Below are positions 1 through 8,516 of a stretch of 32,000 bases of DNA, piece by piece. The stretch's first letter is position 1; each line of letters starts with the position of its first letter. The translations under genes and the position numbers were made by a program. Under the pieces are notes generated by a model that was not told where the DNA came from, searched no databases, and was given only the letters and a program-made list of their open reading frames with translations. The stretch spans positions 90,001-122,000 of the forward strand of contig CAKTSY010000004.1 of assembly GCA_934613415.1 (NCBI GenBank), in the 5' to 3' direction. The stretch comes from an uncultured Opitutales bacterium (GTDB lineage Bacteria; Verrucomicrobiota; Verrucomicrobiia; Opitutales; Intestinicryptomonadaceae).

Positions 1-64
1 AAGTAGAATTAAAATTTCAATTAATAGATTATCGCTTATTTTTAAACGTCTTGCAAGCGTAATA

Positions 65-1753
65 TTAAGTATATTTCAAAACTTCTTCAACGGTTGTCGC
101 ACCGTCGAATATTGCGCGCAAGCCGTCGTCGCGCAAGGTGCGCATACCAAGCTCTATTGCCTTTTGCTTTAAAACAAGGGTTGGAGCCTTGTTTGTTATA
201 AGCTGGCGCAAAGCGTCGTTAACAAGCAGCAATTCGAACAAGCCCTGCCTGCCCTTGTAGCCGCTGTTTGCGCATTCGCTGCAGCCCTTGCCAAAATAGA
301 ACTGCTTGTCGGCAATTTCTATCGGGTCTACGCCAAGCATATCAATAAGCTGCTGGTCGGGCTCGTAGGCGGTTTTGCAAACGGGGCAAATGCGGCGAAC
401 AAGTCGCTGACCTAGCACGCCTTCAAGAGACGCCGCAATAAGGAAGGGTTCCAGCCCCATATCCATCAAACGCGTTACAGCACCCGGCGAGTCGTTAGTG
501 TGCAAGGTAGCCAAAACAACGTGACCCGTAAGCGATGCTTGCACTGCAATTTGGGCTGTTTCCAAGTCGCGGATTTCGCCTACCATTATTTTGTCGGGGT
601 CTTGACGCAAGAAAGCCCTTAAGCACCTTGCAAAGTCCAAACCAACGTGGTGGTTAATCTGCACCTGCATAATGCCGTCGATTTCGTATTCTACAGGGTC
701 TTCGGAAGTAAGAATTTTTATGTCTACGGTGTTTACTTCGCGCAATGCCGAGTAAAGGGTTGTTGTTTTACCCGAACCCGTAGGCCCTGTTACAATGAAT
801 ATACCGTTGGGCAGCCTTACAAGCCTTCTGATATTTTCCTTAATATCGTCCGACATCGAAAGCTTTTCCAAGTCCAAATTAACAACGCTTTTGTCGAGAA
901 TACGCAATACAACCGATTCGCCGAATTGCGTAGGCAGCGTAGACACACGCAAGTCTACGGGGCGTCCCGAAATAGTCATTTTAATACGGCCGTCTTGCGG
1001 TATACGCTGTTCGGCAATGTTTAGGTTTGCCAAAACTTTTATACGCGAAATTACCGGCAGCGCCAAGCTTTTGGGCGGCGGCGCCATTTCGTATAGCGCA
1101 CCGTCTATACGGTATCTAATTCTAAACTGGTTTTCGAAAGGCTCGAAGTGAATATCCGAAGCCTTGTCGCGAATGGCCTGCTGCAACACCAAGTTTACAA
1201 ACCTGATAATTGGTGTTTCGTTTGCCATATTGGCAATGTCGTTTTCCGAAACGTCTCCTTCGGCATAGGTTGCAGAGCCAGAAATTTCGCTGAGCAAGTC
1301 GTCTATAGACGTGTCTTCGTCGCCGTAGCACGACTTAATTAAAGTATCTACATAAGAAGGATCCGTTACTATTATATGGACGTCTTTATTAAGGGTAAAC
1401 GTTAAGTCGTCTATAATAGCGTTGTTGAAAGGGTCTTTCGCAAGCAGGTCTATTGAAGTGTCGGAAGCCCTTACGGGAACAACCCCGTAGTTGCGCGCAA
1501 GCTGCGCCCTTAGCTGCTTGTGCACTGCCTCTTCTATGCTGGGCGGCGGAACAAGCATACATTCGTAGCCGAGATAATCGGCAATTGCCTTCAACAAATC
1601 GTCTTTCGAAACAAGCCCCGAATCTATAACAACGTTGGCAAAAGATTTGCCAGTGCTTAAATGCGTTTCCTTAAGGTCGTCCAACTGGGCAACCGAAAGT
1701 ACTTTCTTTTCTTTGAGGATTTCGTAAATAGTGCTGTTGTTGTCTTCAAACAT
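65..1753 (-). CDS. Type II secretion / type IV pilus assembly ATPase, GspE/PilB family (downstream paralog, 562 aa)
   Basis: ATG at 1753 with GGAGA about 10 nt upstream. Walker [11 protein letters not shown], Walker B/Asp box [11 protein letters not shown], His box [14 protein letters not shown], tetra-Cys CPVC...CSEC followed by GYKGR. The N-terminal ~150 aa resemble a T2SSE_N domain. Confidence 0.9.
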   Translation of the reverse strand: MFEDNNSTIYEILKEKKVLSVAQLDDLKETHLSTGKSFANVVIDSGLVSKDDLLKAIADYLGYECMLVPPPSIEEAVHKQLRAQLARNYGVVPVRASDTSIDLLAKDPFNNAIIDDLTFTLNKDVHIIVTDPSYVDTLIKSCYGDEDTSIDDLLSEISGSATYAEGDVSENDIANMANETPIIRFVNLVLQQAIRDKASDIHFEPFENQFRIRYRIDGALYEMAPPPKSLALPVISRIKVLANLNIAEQRIPQDGRIKMTISGRPVDLRVSTLPTQFGESVVLRILDKSVVNLDLEKLSMSDDIKENIRRLVRLPNGIFIVTGPTGSGKTTTLYSALREVNTVDIKILTSEDPVEYEIDGIMQVQINHHVGLDFARCLRAFLRQDPDKIMVGEIRDLETAQIAVQASLTGHVVLATLHTNDSPGAVTRLMDMGLEPFLIAASLEGVLGQRLVRRICPVCKTAYEPDQQLIDMLGVDPIEIADKQFYFGKGCSECANSGYKGRQGLFELLLVNDALRQLITNKAPTLVLKQKAIELGMRTLRDDGLRAIFDGATTVEEVLKYT

Positions 1754-1777
1754 TTTTAAAAATCTCCAAGTTGCGGA

Positions 1778-3499
1778 TTAGTCGGCCTCGTTCATTGTTA
1801 CCTTAAGAACTTCGTCGGGGGTGGTTAACCCGCTTGCAAATTTGCGAACGCCATCTTCACGCATTGTTCTCATACCCAATTCGCGGGCTTTTTGCCTTAG
1901 CTCTACAAGGGTTCTGTTTTCGTAAATCATTTGCTGAATTTCTTCGTTTACGATAAACATTTCGAAAATACCCATTCGGCCCTTGTAACCTATGTTGTTG
2001 CACTTGGGGCAACCCGTGCCGTGCATAAACGACATTGAAGCCGCGTCTAGCTCGCTAATGCCCAAGCCCTGCAAAACTTTAGAATCGGGGGTATACGCCT
2101 CTTTGCAGTGCACACAGTTTTTGCGGACAAGTCGCTGAGCCAAAGCCGCCCTTAACGACGCGCTTACCAAGAAGGGTTTTACACCTATATCAACCAAACG
2201 TGTTACCGCGCTGGGAGCGTCGTTTGTGTGCAAGGTAGAGAACACCATATGGCCCGTTAGCGAGGCGTTAATTGCAATGTCGGCGGTTTCCAAGTCGCGG
2301 ATTTCGCCTATCATTATTATGTTTGGCGCCTGGCGCAACATTGCTCGCAAGGCGGCGGCAAAAGTCATGCCAACTTCGCGCCTTACCTGAACTTGGTTTA
2401 TGCCCGCCATTTGATATTCCACAGGGTCTTCAACCGTAATGATTTTGCGGTCGGGGTGGTTCAAATAGTTCAAGGCCGAATATAGCGTTGTAGATTTACC
2501 AGAACCCGTAGGACCCGTTACAAGGAATATGCCGTCGGCCATACCTACAATTCTTTCGAACACGGCTTGGTCGTCGGAGAAAAAGCCCAATTCGGGAAGC
2601 CCCAAACGCAGCCCTTCCTTGTCGAGAATACGCATAACAATACTTTCGCCGTAAACCGTGGGCAAGCTAGACACACGCAAGTCAATTTCCTTGTTGTTAA
2701 AGGCAATCTGAATACGGCCGTCTTGCGGAACGCGCTTTTCGGCAATAGAAATATTCGCCATTAGTTTTAAACGCGAAATAATTGAAGGCTGTAGCCTTTT
2801 GGGCGGGTTTTCAACCTCTATCAAAACACCGTCTATACGGTACCTTACCCTGAACCTCTTTTCGAGAGGCTCTAGGTGAATATCGGAAGCCCTGCGCGCA
2901 ACGGCATCGGTTATGAGTTTATGAACGTAGCGGATAATGGGGGCTTCTTCTTCGCCAACGCCCTCTTCGTGCCCAGTCTGCAAACCCTGCACGCCCGAAG
3001 CTTGGTCTATGTCGCCAACGCCACCTAAAACGTCTTTATAGTGGTCTACGCCGTACTGCTCGTTTATGGCGTTTAAAATTTCGGCTTCGGTTGCCAGCTT
3101 TGCGTCTATCGGCATATTAAGCTTGTGGCTTAAATCGTCGATAGTATCCATATTAAATGGGTCGCAAATAACAAGCTCTAGTTGCCCTTTGTCTCTGTTA
3201 AGGGGCATTACCTTATGCTCTATACAATATTCCTTTGGAACAAGCACCTTTAGCTCGTCTTCCAAGGCAAGCTCGGAAAGGTCTACAATAGGCATATTAA
3301 ACTCTTTCGACAGCATTTTTATAATATCCTCTTGCGAGGTATATTTTTTAGCTATCAATAAGTCTATAAGCTTGGAATCTATGTCGGCTTGATTTACACC
3401 CTCGGAGGTCAACTGCGCCTTGCCGAGAGAGACAACGTCGCCGCTAACTGCGCCGCTGTCGACAAGCATTTGAACGATATAATCGTCGCTCGATGTCAT
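1778..3499 (-). CDS. Type II secretion / type IV pilus assembly ATPase, GspE/PilB family (upstream paralog, 573 aa)
   Basis: ATG at 3499. Walker [36 protein letters not shown], tetra-Cys CVHC...CPKC followed by GYKGR. N-terminal T2SSE_N-like domain. Collinear with the adjacent paralog over the whole length. Confidence 0.9.
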   Translation of the reverse strand: MTSSDDYIVQMLVDSGAVSGDVVSLGKAQLTSEGVNQADIDSKLIDLLIAKKYTSQEDIIKMLSKEFNMPIVDLSELALEDELKVLVPKEYCIEHKVMPLNRDKGQLELVICDPFNMDTIDDLSHKLNMPIDAKLATEAEILNAINEQYGVDHYKDVLGGVGDIDQASGVQGLQTGHEEGVGEEEAPIIRYVHKLITDAVARRASDIHLEPLEKRFRVRYRIDGVLIEVENPPKRLQPSIISRLKLMANISIAEKRVPQDGRIQIAFNNKEIDLRVSSLPTVYGESIVMRILDKEGLRLGLPELGFFSDDQAVFERIVGMADGIFLVTGPTGSGKSTTLYSALNYLNHPDRKIITVEDPVEYQMAGINQVQVRREVGMTFAAALRAMLRQAPNIIMIGEIRDLETADIAINASLTGHMVFSTLHTNDAPSAVTRLVDIGVKPFLVSASLRAALAQRLVRKNCVHCKEAYTPDSKVLQGLGISELDAASMSFMHGTGCPKCNNIGYKGRMGIFEMFIVNEEIQQMIYENRTLVELRQKARELGMRTMREDGVRKFASGLTTPDEVLKVTMNEAD

Positions 3500-3519
3500 A
3501 TGTTGTGTGTTGTATATAA

Positions 3520-5727
3520 TTATCTGTTTACGCCCATTAGAAATTCTATGTTTGTACGGGTTTTTTTCAACCTTTGAACAAGCATTTCCATTGCCTCGCT
3601 AGAAGGAACTCCCTTCATCGCCCTGCGCAACGCATAAATCTTCTGCATTTCGTCGGGGTGATACAAAAGCTCTTCCTTACGAGTACCGCTTTTCTCTATA
3701 TTGATAGCAGGGAAAATTCGTTTGTCAACTAAACTTCTTTCCAAATTTATTTCCATATTTCCCGTGCCCTTAAATTCCTCGAAAATAACTTCGTCCATCT
3801 TGCTTCCTGTCTCTACTAAGGCAGTGCCTATAATGGTTAGCGAGCCGCCGCCTTCTATGTTCCTTGCCGAACCGAAAAACTTTTTGGGCTTTTGCAGTGC
3901 GTTAGATTCTACGCCACCAGACATTATCTTGCCGCTATTCGGCATAAGGGCATTGTAGGCGCGCGCCATACGCGTGATAGAGTCTAGCAAAACCACAACA
4001 TTTTCGCCGCATTCCACACAGCGCCTTGCATAGCTTATAACCATTTCGGCTGCGTGAACGTGGCTTTGCGCGTCTTGGTCGAAGGTAGAAGAAACTACAA
4101 GGGCGTCTACATTTCGCTTAAAATCGGTTACTTCTTCGGGGCGTTCGTCTACAAGCAATATTATAACTTTTGCCTGCGGGGTATTTGCCCTTATAGACTT
4201 TGCCATTCCCTGCATTAAAACAGTTTTACCCGTGCGCGGCGGTGCTACAATCAACGCCCTTTGCCCCAAACCTATTGGCGTTAGCAGGTCTATTGCCCTC
4301 ATCGAAATATTGTCCCAATCTCTGGCGGGCACCATTTCCATTATCATTCTGTCGGTCGGATAATAGGGAACTAAGTCGCAAAAGGGCGTAATTTCCTTAA
4401 TTTCTTCGGGGCTTTTGCCCATTACGCTTTCTATCTTTACGGCAAAGGGGCACTTTTCGGAAATTTCTTCGCCCGAACGCGGCGGGCAACACACTGCCGA
4501 CACAACGTGCCCGCGTTTTAGTCCGTTTGCGTCTATTAAATATTGCGGAACAAACGCGCAAAAACGCCTAAGTTCGAAATTCTCGTTAAAATATGTAATT
4601 GCGCCGCCGTAGCCTTTTTCGAACACGTCTAAAACGCCCTGTATGCGCACAAGTTTTTTGCCCTCGCGCAGGGTTTTAAAAAAGCCGTCTAGCAAGGCGT
4701 TTTTCGACATCTTTTGCGCTTGCGGCAAATAGCCGTCTGCAAAAAGTTTTTCAGACAAATCTTTTGCAGGCAAATCGTTGTAGGCGGCAAAATCTACAAC
4801 TTCTGCCTCGGGGTAGTTTTCCGACAAAAAGGCGTTTATAGCCTCTTGGCTTTTTAGGGCTTCAAAAGAATAAAGCTCTCCTATTTGCAAAACAGAATCG
4901 TCGCCGTTTTTGGCGGTCATCCATTGGGGCTTTTGAGGCTTTTTATTTTGCTGGTTTTTATTGTTGTTGCCCTGCTGGTTTCGATTGTTGTTTTGATTGT
5001 TGTTGCGCTGATTATTGTTATTGTTGCCGCGCTGCTGAAAATTTTGCTGATTGCGGTTTTTGTTGTTATTGTTGTTGCGCTGCTGGAAGTTTTGGCGGGA
5101 GTTGTTAAACCTGTCTTTATTAAAACGCCCGTTTTTGTTTTCAAAATTCTGAAAGCGTTTTTGGTTGCGCCTTTGTTCGAAAGACGCCGCCTCTTCCATA
5201 TCTTCGGGGTTTTGCGCCGAAACCTCGATGGGCTGCCCTTCCTTTTCGGGCTCGCTGTCGGGCGAATCTACAAAATCGTCGTCGCCGTTTTCAAAATTTT
5301 TTGCGTAGTTGTCGGCAATCAAATCTTCGTCGGTAGTGCTGAACGAATCGGGCAAAGGCTCGTCGTCGTCATCATTGTCGAATTTTGCATATACCGGCTC
5401 GTACGAAGAGTTTTCGTCTAAAACAATCTCCCTTTGCGGAGTGTCTTTAAAATGCACTGTTTCTGGCTGAACTTCGGCAGGCGGTGTTTCGCCGTTTTCG
5501 GGCTTTTCGCTTGCATCGCTTTGCGGTTTAACAAAACCGAAATCGCCCGAGGTATCCGAAATTTCGTCGGACAAATCTTTTGACCTTTTTTTGCGCCTTA
5601 CGGTTTTTGTTTGCGGCTGCAAAATTTCTTCGCCGTTTTCGTCAAAAACTCTTTTTTTTGGACGCCCGCGCTTTTTTAATACGGGTTTGTCTTCGGGTAT
5701 ATTTTGGGGAGTATCGTTTTCTTCCAT
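3520..5727 (-). CDS. rho: Transcription termination factor Rho with a ~315-aa low-complexity N-terminal extension (735 aa)
   Basis: The C-terminal ~420 aa are collinear with E. coli Rho: APPRTGKT Walker [53 protein letters not shown]. The ATG at 5727 abuts the coaE stop codon. The upstream 315 codons are open and compositionally modular. Confidence 0.93.
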   Translation of the reverse strand: MEENDTPQNIPEDKPVLKKRGRPKKRVFDENGEEILQPQTKTVRRKKRSKDLSDEISDTSGDFGFVKPQSDASEKPENGETPPAEVQPETVHFKDTPQREIVLDENSSYEPVYAKFDNDDDDEPLPDSFSTTDEDLIADNYAKNFENGDDDFVDSPDSEPEKEGQPIEVSAQNPEDMEEAASFEQRRNQKRFQNFENKNGRFNKDRFNNSRQNFQQRNNNNNKNRNQQNFQQRGNNNNNQRNNNQNNNRNQQGNNNKNQQNKKPQKPQWMTAKNGDDSVLQIGELYSFEALKSQEAINAFLSENYPEAEVVDFAAYNDLPAKDLSEKLFADGYLPQAQKMSKNALLDGFFKTLREGKKLVRIQGVLDVFEKGYGGAITYFNENFELRRFCAFVPQYLIDANGLKRGHVVSAVCCPPRSGEEISEKCPFAVKIESVMGKSPEEIKEITPFCDLVPYYPTDRMIMEMVPARDWDNISMRAIDLLTPIGLGQRALIVAPPRTGKTVLMQGMAKSIRANTPQAKVIILLVDERPEEVTDFKRNVDALVVSSTFDQDAQSHVHAAEMVISYARRCVECGENVVVLLDSITRMARAYNALMPNSGKIMSGGVESNALQKPKKFFGSARNIEGGGSLTIIGTALVETGSKMDEVIFEEFKGTGNMEINLERSLVDKRIFPAINIEKSGTRKEELLYHPDEMQKIYALRRAMKGVPSSEAMEMLVQRLKKTRTNIEFLMGVNR
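4927..5175 (-). repeat. Low-complexity AAC/AAT/CAA/CAG-rich coding tract (N/Q-rich segment of Rho, residues ~185-267)
   Basis: The plus strand reads as imperfect GTT/ATT/TTG/CTG runs (e.g. ttgttgttgc cctgctggtt tcgattgttg ttttgattgt tgttgcgctg attattgtta ttgttgcc). It encodes [49 protein letters not shown]. Confidence 0.9.
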
Positions 5728-6297
5728 TTATTTTAAACGCAATTTTTTTATGACAACGTCTATCTGCTCGGCCAAGAATGCCTCAGAACCGTCGTTAAAC
5801 AAAACAATGTCGGCCAACAAAGCCTTTTTCGCACACGAAAGCTGAAACGCATCGCGTCTGGAAATTTCCGTTTCCGACATTCCGCGAAGCCCCAAGCGTT
5901 TGCGCCTAACGGACTCGCTACAGAAAATACTAATGCACAAATCAAAATTTCTTTCAAGATTTTTTTCGAACAAAAGGGGCACTTCAAACAGCGAAAGCCC
6001 GGTGTTGCACGAATCTATAAAGGCGTTGAACCTTTTGTGGAAAATCGCCTCGTATGCCTTCAATAGAGCGGCATCTACAAAAACCTTTTCGGCAATATAG
6101 GCTTTGTCGGCAACGCCGTTTTTATCGAAAGCGTTGTTCCCTATAAGCGATTTTACCTCGTTTTTTACATCGGCATTTTCGCTTAGCAAATCGGCACAAA
6201 ATTTGTCGGCACTAAAAACCGCAAAGCCCTTTTCGGCAAAAATGCCGCAAGCTGCGCTTTTGCCGCAGCCCATTACGCCGCTTATTGCAAGTTTCAT
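5728..6297 (-). CDS. coaE: Dephospho-CoA kinase
   Basis: 189 aa. N-terminal P-loop ISGVMGCGKS, a SADKF segment and the VPLLFE motif typical of CoaE. The start ATG overlaps the def stop (ATGA). Confidence 0.85.
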   Translation of the reverse strand: MKLAISGVMGCGKSAACGIFAEKGFAVFSADKFCADLLSENADVKNEVKSLIGNNAFDKNGVADKAYIAEKVFVDAALLKAYEAIFHKRFNAFIDSCNTGLSLFEVPLLFEKNLERNFDLCISIFCSESVRRKRLGLRGMSETEISRRDAFQLSCAKKALLADIVLFNDGSEAFLAEQIDVVIKKLRLK

Positions 6298-6872
6298 TTT
6301 CCCGATTTTAATTCGTCGCGCGTTAGCCTTTTAAGCTTTTTAAGCTTTGCCTCTATCTTTGCATATTGGCGCGGGTGCAAATTGTCGGCAATGGTTATGC
6401 CGTCTAGGTGGTCGTTTTCGTGCTGTATGCACCTTGCAAAAAGCCCGTCGCACTCTATGGTGTGGGGGTTGCCGCTTAAATCAAAATACTTTAGGCGAAC
6501 CTGTTCGGAACGCGTTTTTTCAACGTAAATTCCGGGGAAAGACAAACACCCCTCTTCGCCCGTGCTTAAATACTCGCCTATTTCCTCTACCTGCGGGTTT
6601 ACAGCATATAGCGGCATATTTATGTCGACGGGCAGCTTTCTGCCGTCCATAAACATTTCGCAAGGCTCGTCTTTGCTGCGGCGGCACCTCATATCGATTA
6701 CAAAAATGCGCTCCGACAACCCGGCCTGCGGGCCTGCCAGCCCCAAGCCTTCGTTGTCTATCATAAGCTTATACATTTCTTCGGCGCGCTGTTTTAGCGC
6801 AGCGTCGAACACTTTAATTTCTGCCGCGCATTTTTCCAAAATAGGGTCGCCAAATTTGCAAAGTTTTACCAT
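6294..6872 (-). CDS. def: Peptide deformylase
   Basis: Three Def motifs: GLAGPQAG, EGCLSFPG and QHENDHLDG (HExxH). I chose the ATG at 6872 (MVKLCKFGDPILEK). The ORF-track start at 6947 is a TTG that would overlap the upstream gene. Confidence 0.9.
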   Translation of the reverse strand: MVKLCKFGDPILEKCAAEIKVFDAALKQRAEEMYKLMIDNEGLGLAGPQAGLSERIFVIDMRCRRSKDEPCEMFMDGRKLPVDINMPLYAVNPQVEEIGEYLSTGEEGCLSFPGIYVEKTRSEQVRLKYFDLSGNPHTIECDGLFARCIQHENDHLDGITIADNLHPRQYAKIEAKLKKLKRLTRDELKSGK

Positions 6873-6883
6873 AGCACAATGCC

Positions 6884-7324
6884 CTATTCTTTGGGGATAA
6901 TATTGTCGGTTCTTACAACCAAAACGGGCTCTTTGGTTTTTACCCAAAGCTTGTGCTCTTTAAATATTTTTGCCGAGCCAAACTCCATAATTTCCGACAC
7001 CTTTTTGGCGGGATACCTGCGCCCTTTGGGGCTAACGTTAAAGTCGTACGCCGACTGATACACTCTTTCCAAAGCCGTCATTGCGTTGTCGTCTTCGGGA
7101 ATTTGAATTACCCAGCCGGAATAGTCTTCGTCCTTAAATTTGCCGTAAGGGTCGCTTAAAACGAACACAAACTGTTTTTTTACCGCGGGTTCCTTTTCGC
7201 CCTTTTCCTGCTGCGAAACCTTAACTTCGTAGCTTATATCCTCTAAAATCTCCTTAATTTTCGACGAATCGAGATTATTGCGAACCAAAACCTGTTTAAC
7301 CAATTCAACGTCTATTTTTGCCAT
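6884..7324 (-). CDS. Hypothetical protein, 146 aa, no recognised family (first gene of the def-coaE-rho operon)
   Basis: This is the in-frame ATG at 7324 within the 6884-7828 ORF. The downstream part has ordinary protein composition (MAKIDVELVKQVL...VLVVRTDNIIPKE). The upstream part is Ser-rich antisense-type sequence that overlaps the better plus-strand ORF. The stop lies 11 nt before the def start. Confidence 0.6.
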   Translation of the reverse strand: MAKIDVELVKQVLVRNNLDSSKIKEILEDISYEVKVSQQEKGEKEPAVKKQFVFVLSDPYGKFKDEDYSGWVIQIPEDDNAMTALERVYQSAYDFNVSPKGRRYPAKKVSEIMEFGSAKIFKEHKLWVKTKEPVLVVRTDNIIPKE

Positions 7325-7475
7325 AACAAATAAGATAATTATATAACGAATAAAATATGCGTTTAAGACTATATTTTGGCAAATGAATGTAAAGCTTTCT
7401 TTAACTTGCCTAAAAATTTTTAAATATATGCTCGCAATAAAAGCAAAACGGGCAATACTGGCTTTATATACACGA
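7325..7475. promoter_or_regulatory. AT-rich divergent intergenic region, probable bidirectional promoter region
   Basis: This is the largest non-coding gap in the window and lies between divergent genes. Minus-strand candidate: -35 TTAAAC (7361-7366), 17-nt spacer, perfect -10 TATAAT (7338-7343), 13 nt before the ATG. Plus-strand candidate: TTAACT (7401-7406), 18 nt, TATATG (7425-7430). Hexamers were picked by eye only. Confidence 0.4.
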
Positions 7476-7973
7476 ATGATAGACTGGCAAATTAAACCCC
7501 TTTCAAAAAAATCGGCACTTAGCGGCAAGCCCCTAAAAGCGGGCGATGTTGTTGTATGCGCGGTGTTTTCGGGCCAAAACGGCGAGCTTGAACGCGCCGA
7601 CATTCTGCAGGACGAATTCGAAAGCGCAAAGTTCGACAAGCCCCTGTTGGGCAAGTGGTCGCGCAAGGTTTCCGAAAATCCCGACGAAGACGAAAAATTT
7701 GCAAAAAAATTGGCGTTGGCGTCTTCCGAAGACTTTTTTATTTCGCTTTTCGACGAAGGCACCGAACAAAGTTCCGAAAAAGACATTCTTAAAATGCTGC
7801 TTGCCTTATTGCTTGAAAGAAAGCGCATATTAAGGGCTCAAGGCCGCCCCATACGCAACGTACAAAAATATCTGCACATACAAAGCAAAAGGGTTTTCGA
7901 CGTTCCGCAACCGAGTATAGACGCCGAACTTATTGTGAAAATACAGTCGCAGATAGACAGCATTATAATTTAA
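7476..7973 (+). CDS. Hypothetical protein, ~165 aa, no recognised family
   Basis: ORF 7383-7973. I prefer the internal ATG at 7476 (MIDWQIKPLSKK...) because 7383-7475 looks like AT-rich intergenic DNA. Protein-like composition with an acidic middle and a helical C-terminus (DILKMLLALLLERKRIL). The start is uncertain. Confidence 0.55.
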   Translation: MIDWQIKPLSKKSALSGKPLKAGDVVVCAVFSGQNGELERADILQDEFESAKFDKPLLGKWSRKVSENPDEDEKFAKKLALASSEDFFISLFDEGTEQSSEKDILKMLLALLLERKRILRAQGRPIRNVQKYLHIQSKRVFDVPQPSIDAELIVKIQSQIDSIII

Positions 7974-7997
7974 CAAACAATACAAAACACACTACCT

Positions 7998-8516
7998 ATG
8001 AAAAAATTGGCGAAAATATTTGCGGGGCTGCTCGCGCTTACACTGCTTTGCTCGTGTATGCACGACGAACCCGAAAACGTGTTCACTTTCCACTTGGCGC
8101 AAACACGCCATTCTGGCTTGGAAAGAGACTTGGAACAATTCGAGCTGCCCTACAGCAAAATTAAGTGCACTTTGCAAAAGAACCATTTTGTAAGCATAAA
8201 CGAGCTAGAAAAAGTAGAGTTGGCAGAAGTTAAGCTTGAAACCGGCGGCTCTATTTTGGGCTATTATTTTACATTTACCCAAGTAGGCAAAAACAGGCTT
8301 TTGGCGGCAACTGCGGCAAACATTGGCGCAATTATAGTGCTAAAAGACAACGACAAGGTTATAGCCTCGCGCAAGATAGACACTACAATTTCCGACGGTA
8401 TGCTGTTTATGATTCCCGAGGCAGACATAGAAAACAACGAAAAGCTTGCCGAACAAATGGAACAATGGAGCGAATCCATTAAAAGAATGAGGGTAATAAG
8501 AGACAGTTTATGGTAA
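7998..8516 (+). CDS. Probable lipoprotein, 172 aa, with a SecD P1-head-like sequence pattern
   Basis: Signal peptide MKKLAKIFAGLLALTLLCSC with Cys residues in a lipobox-like position. The segment FTFTQVGKNRLLAATAANIGAIIVLKDNDKVIASRKIDTTISDG resembles the SecD periplasmic-head pattern (NvGxxlAIVLDxxViSaPxIxxxIxgG). That match is by eye only. Confidence 0.6.
   Translation: MKKLAKIFAGLLALTLLCSCMHDEPENVFTFHLAQTRHSGLERDLEQFELPYSKIKCTLQKNHFVSINELEKVELAEVKLETGGSILGYYFTFTQVGKNRLLAATAANIGAIIVLKDNDKVIASRKIDTTISDGMLFMIPEADIENNEKLAEQMEQWSESIKRMRVIRDSLW

Noticed and set aside
50-57. Palindrome CTTGCAAG downstream of the last ATPase gene, considered as a terminator
   Set aside because: The palindrome has no loop, and the flanks pair poorly with no adjacent U-tract on the minus strand. 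This is not a convincing intrinsic terminator, and the operon may continue beyond the window.
558-590. A 25-nt perfect (33 of 34 nt) identity between the two ATPase genes (558-590 versus 2286-2318), plus shorter patches near 893/2622, 950/2668 and 982/2711, considered as evidence of gene conversion
   Set aside because: The patches coincide with the most conserved peptide motifs ([13 protein letters not shown], the RVS segment). Identical residues combined with shared codon bias can explain them. Elsewhere the genes are well diverged, so I make no claim of recent conversion.
3100-3499. Possible c-di-GMP-binding MshEN motif in the N-terminal domains of the two ATPases (also 1350-1753)
   Set aside because: I could not find the RLGxxL(V/I)xxG(I/F)(L/V)xxxxLxxxLxxQ pattern in either N-terminus by eye, only generic helical T2SSE_N-like sequence.
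4885-5421. 178-aa plus-strand ORF encoding a very hydrophobic V/I/L-rich 'membrane protein' antisense to rho
   Set aside because: It is the reverse complement of the N/Q-coding tract: AAC/AAT/CAA/CAG read as GTT/ATT/TTG/CTG give Val/Ile/Leu. This is a compositional artefact, not a gene.
6873-6947. Upstream TTG/GTG starts offered by the ORF track for def (6947), fmt (27414), the methyltransferase (31298) and the dCMP deaminase (25358)
   Set aside because: Each has an in-frame ATG a few codons downstream that gives a canonical N-terminus. For def, the ATG also avoids overlap with the upstream gene. No Shine-Dalgarno sequence supports the non-ATG starts.
7325-7828. The 5' two-thirds of the 314-aa minus-strand ORF 6884-7828
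   Set aside because: The translation is Ser-rich and low-complexity (…SSSSGFSETLRDHLPNRGLSNFALSNSSC…), typical of an antisense shadow frame. It runs through AT-rich intergenic DNA and overlaps the better plus-strand ORF. I kept only the ATG at 7324 onward.
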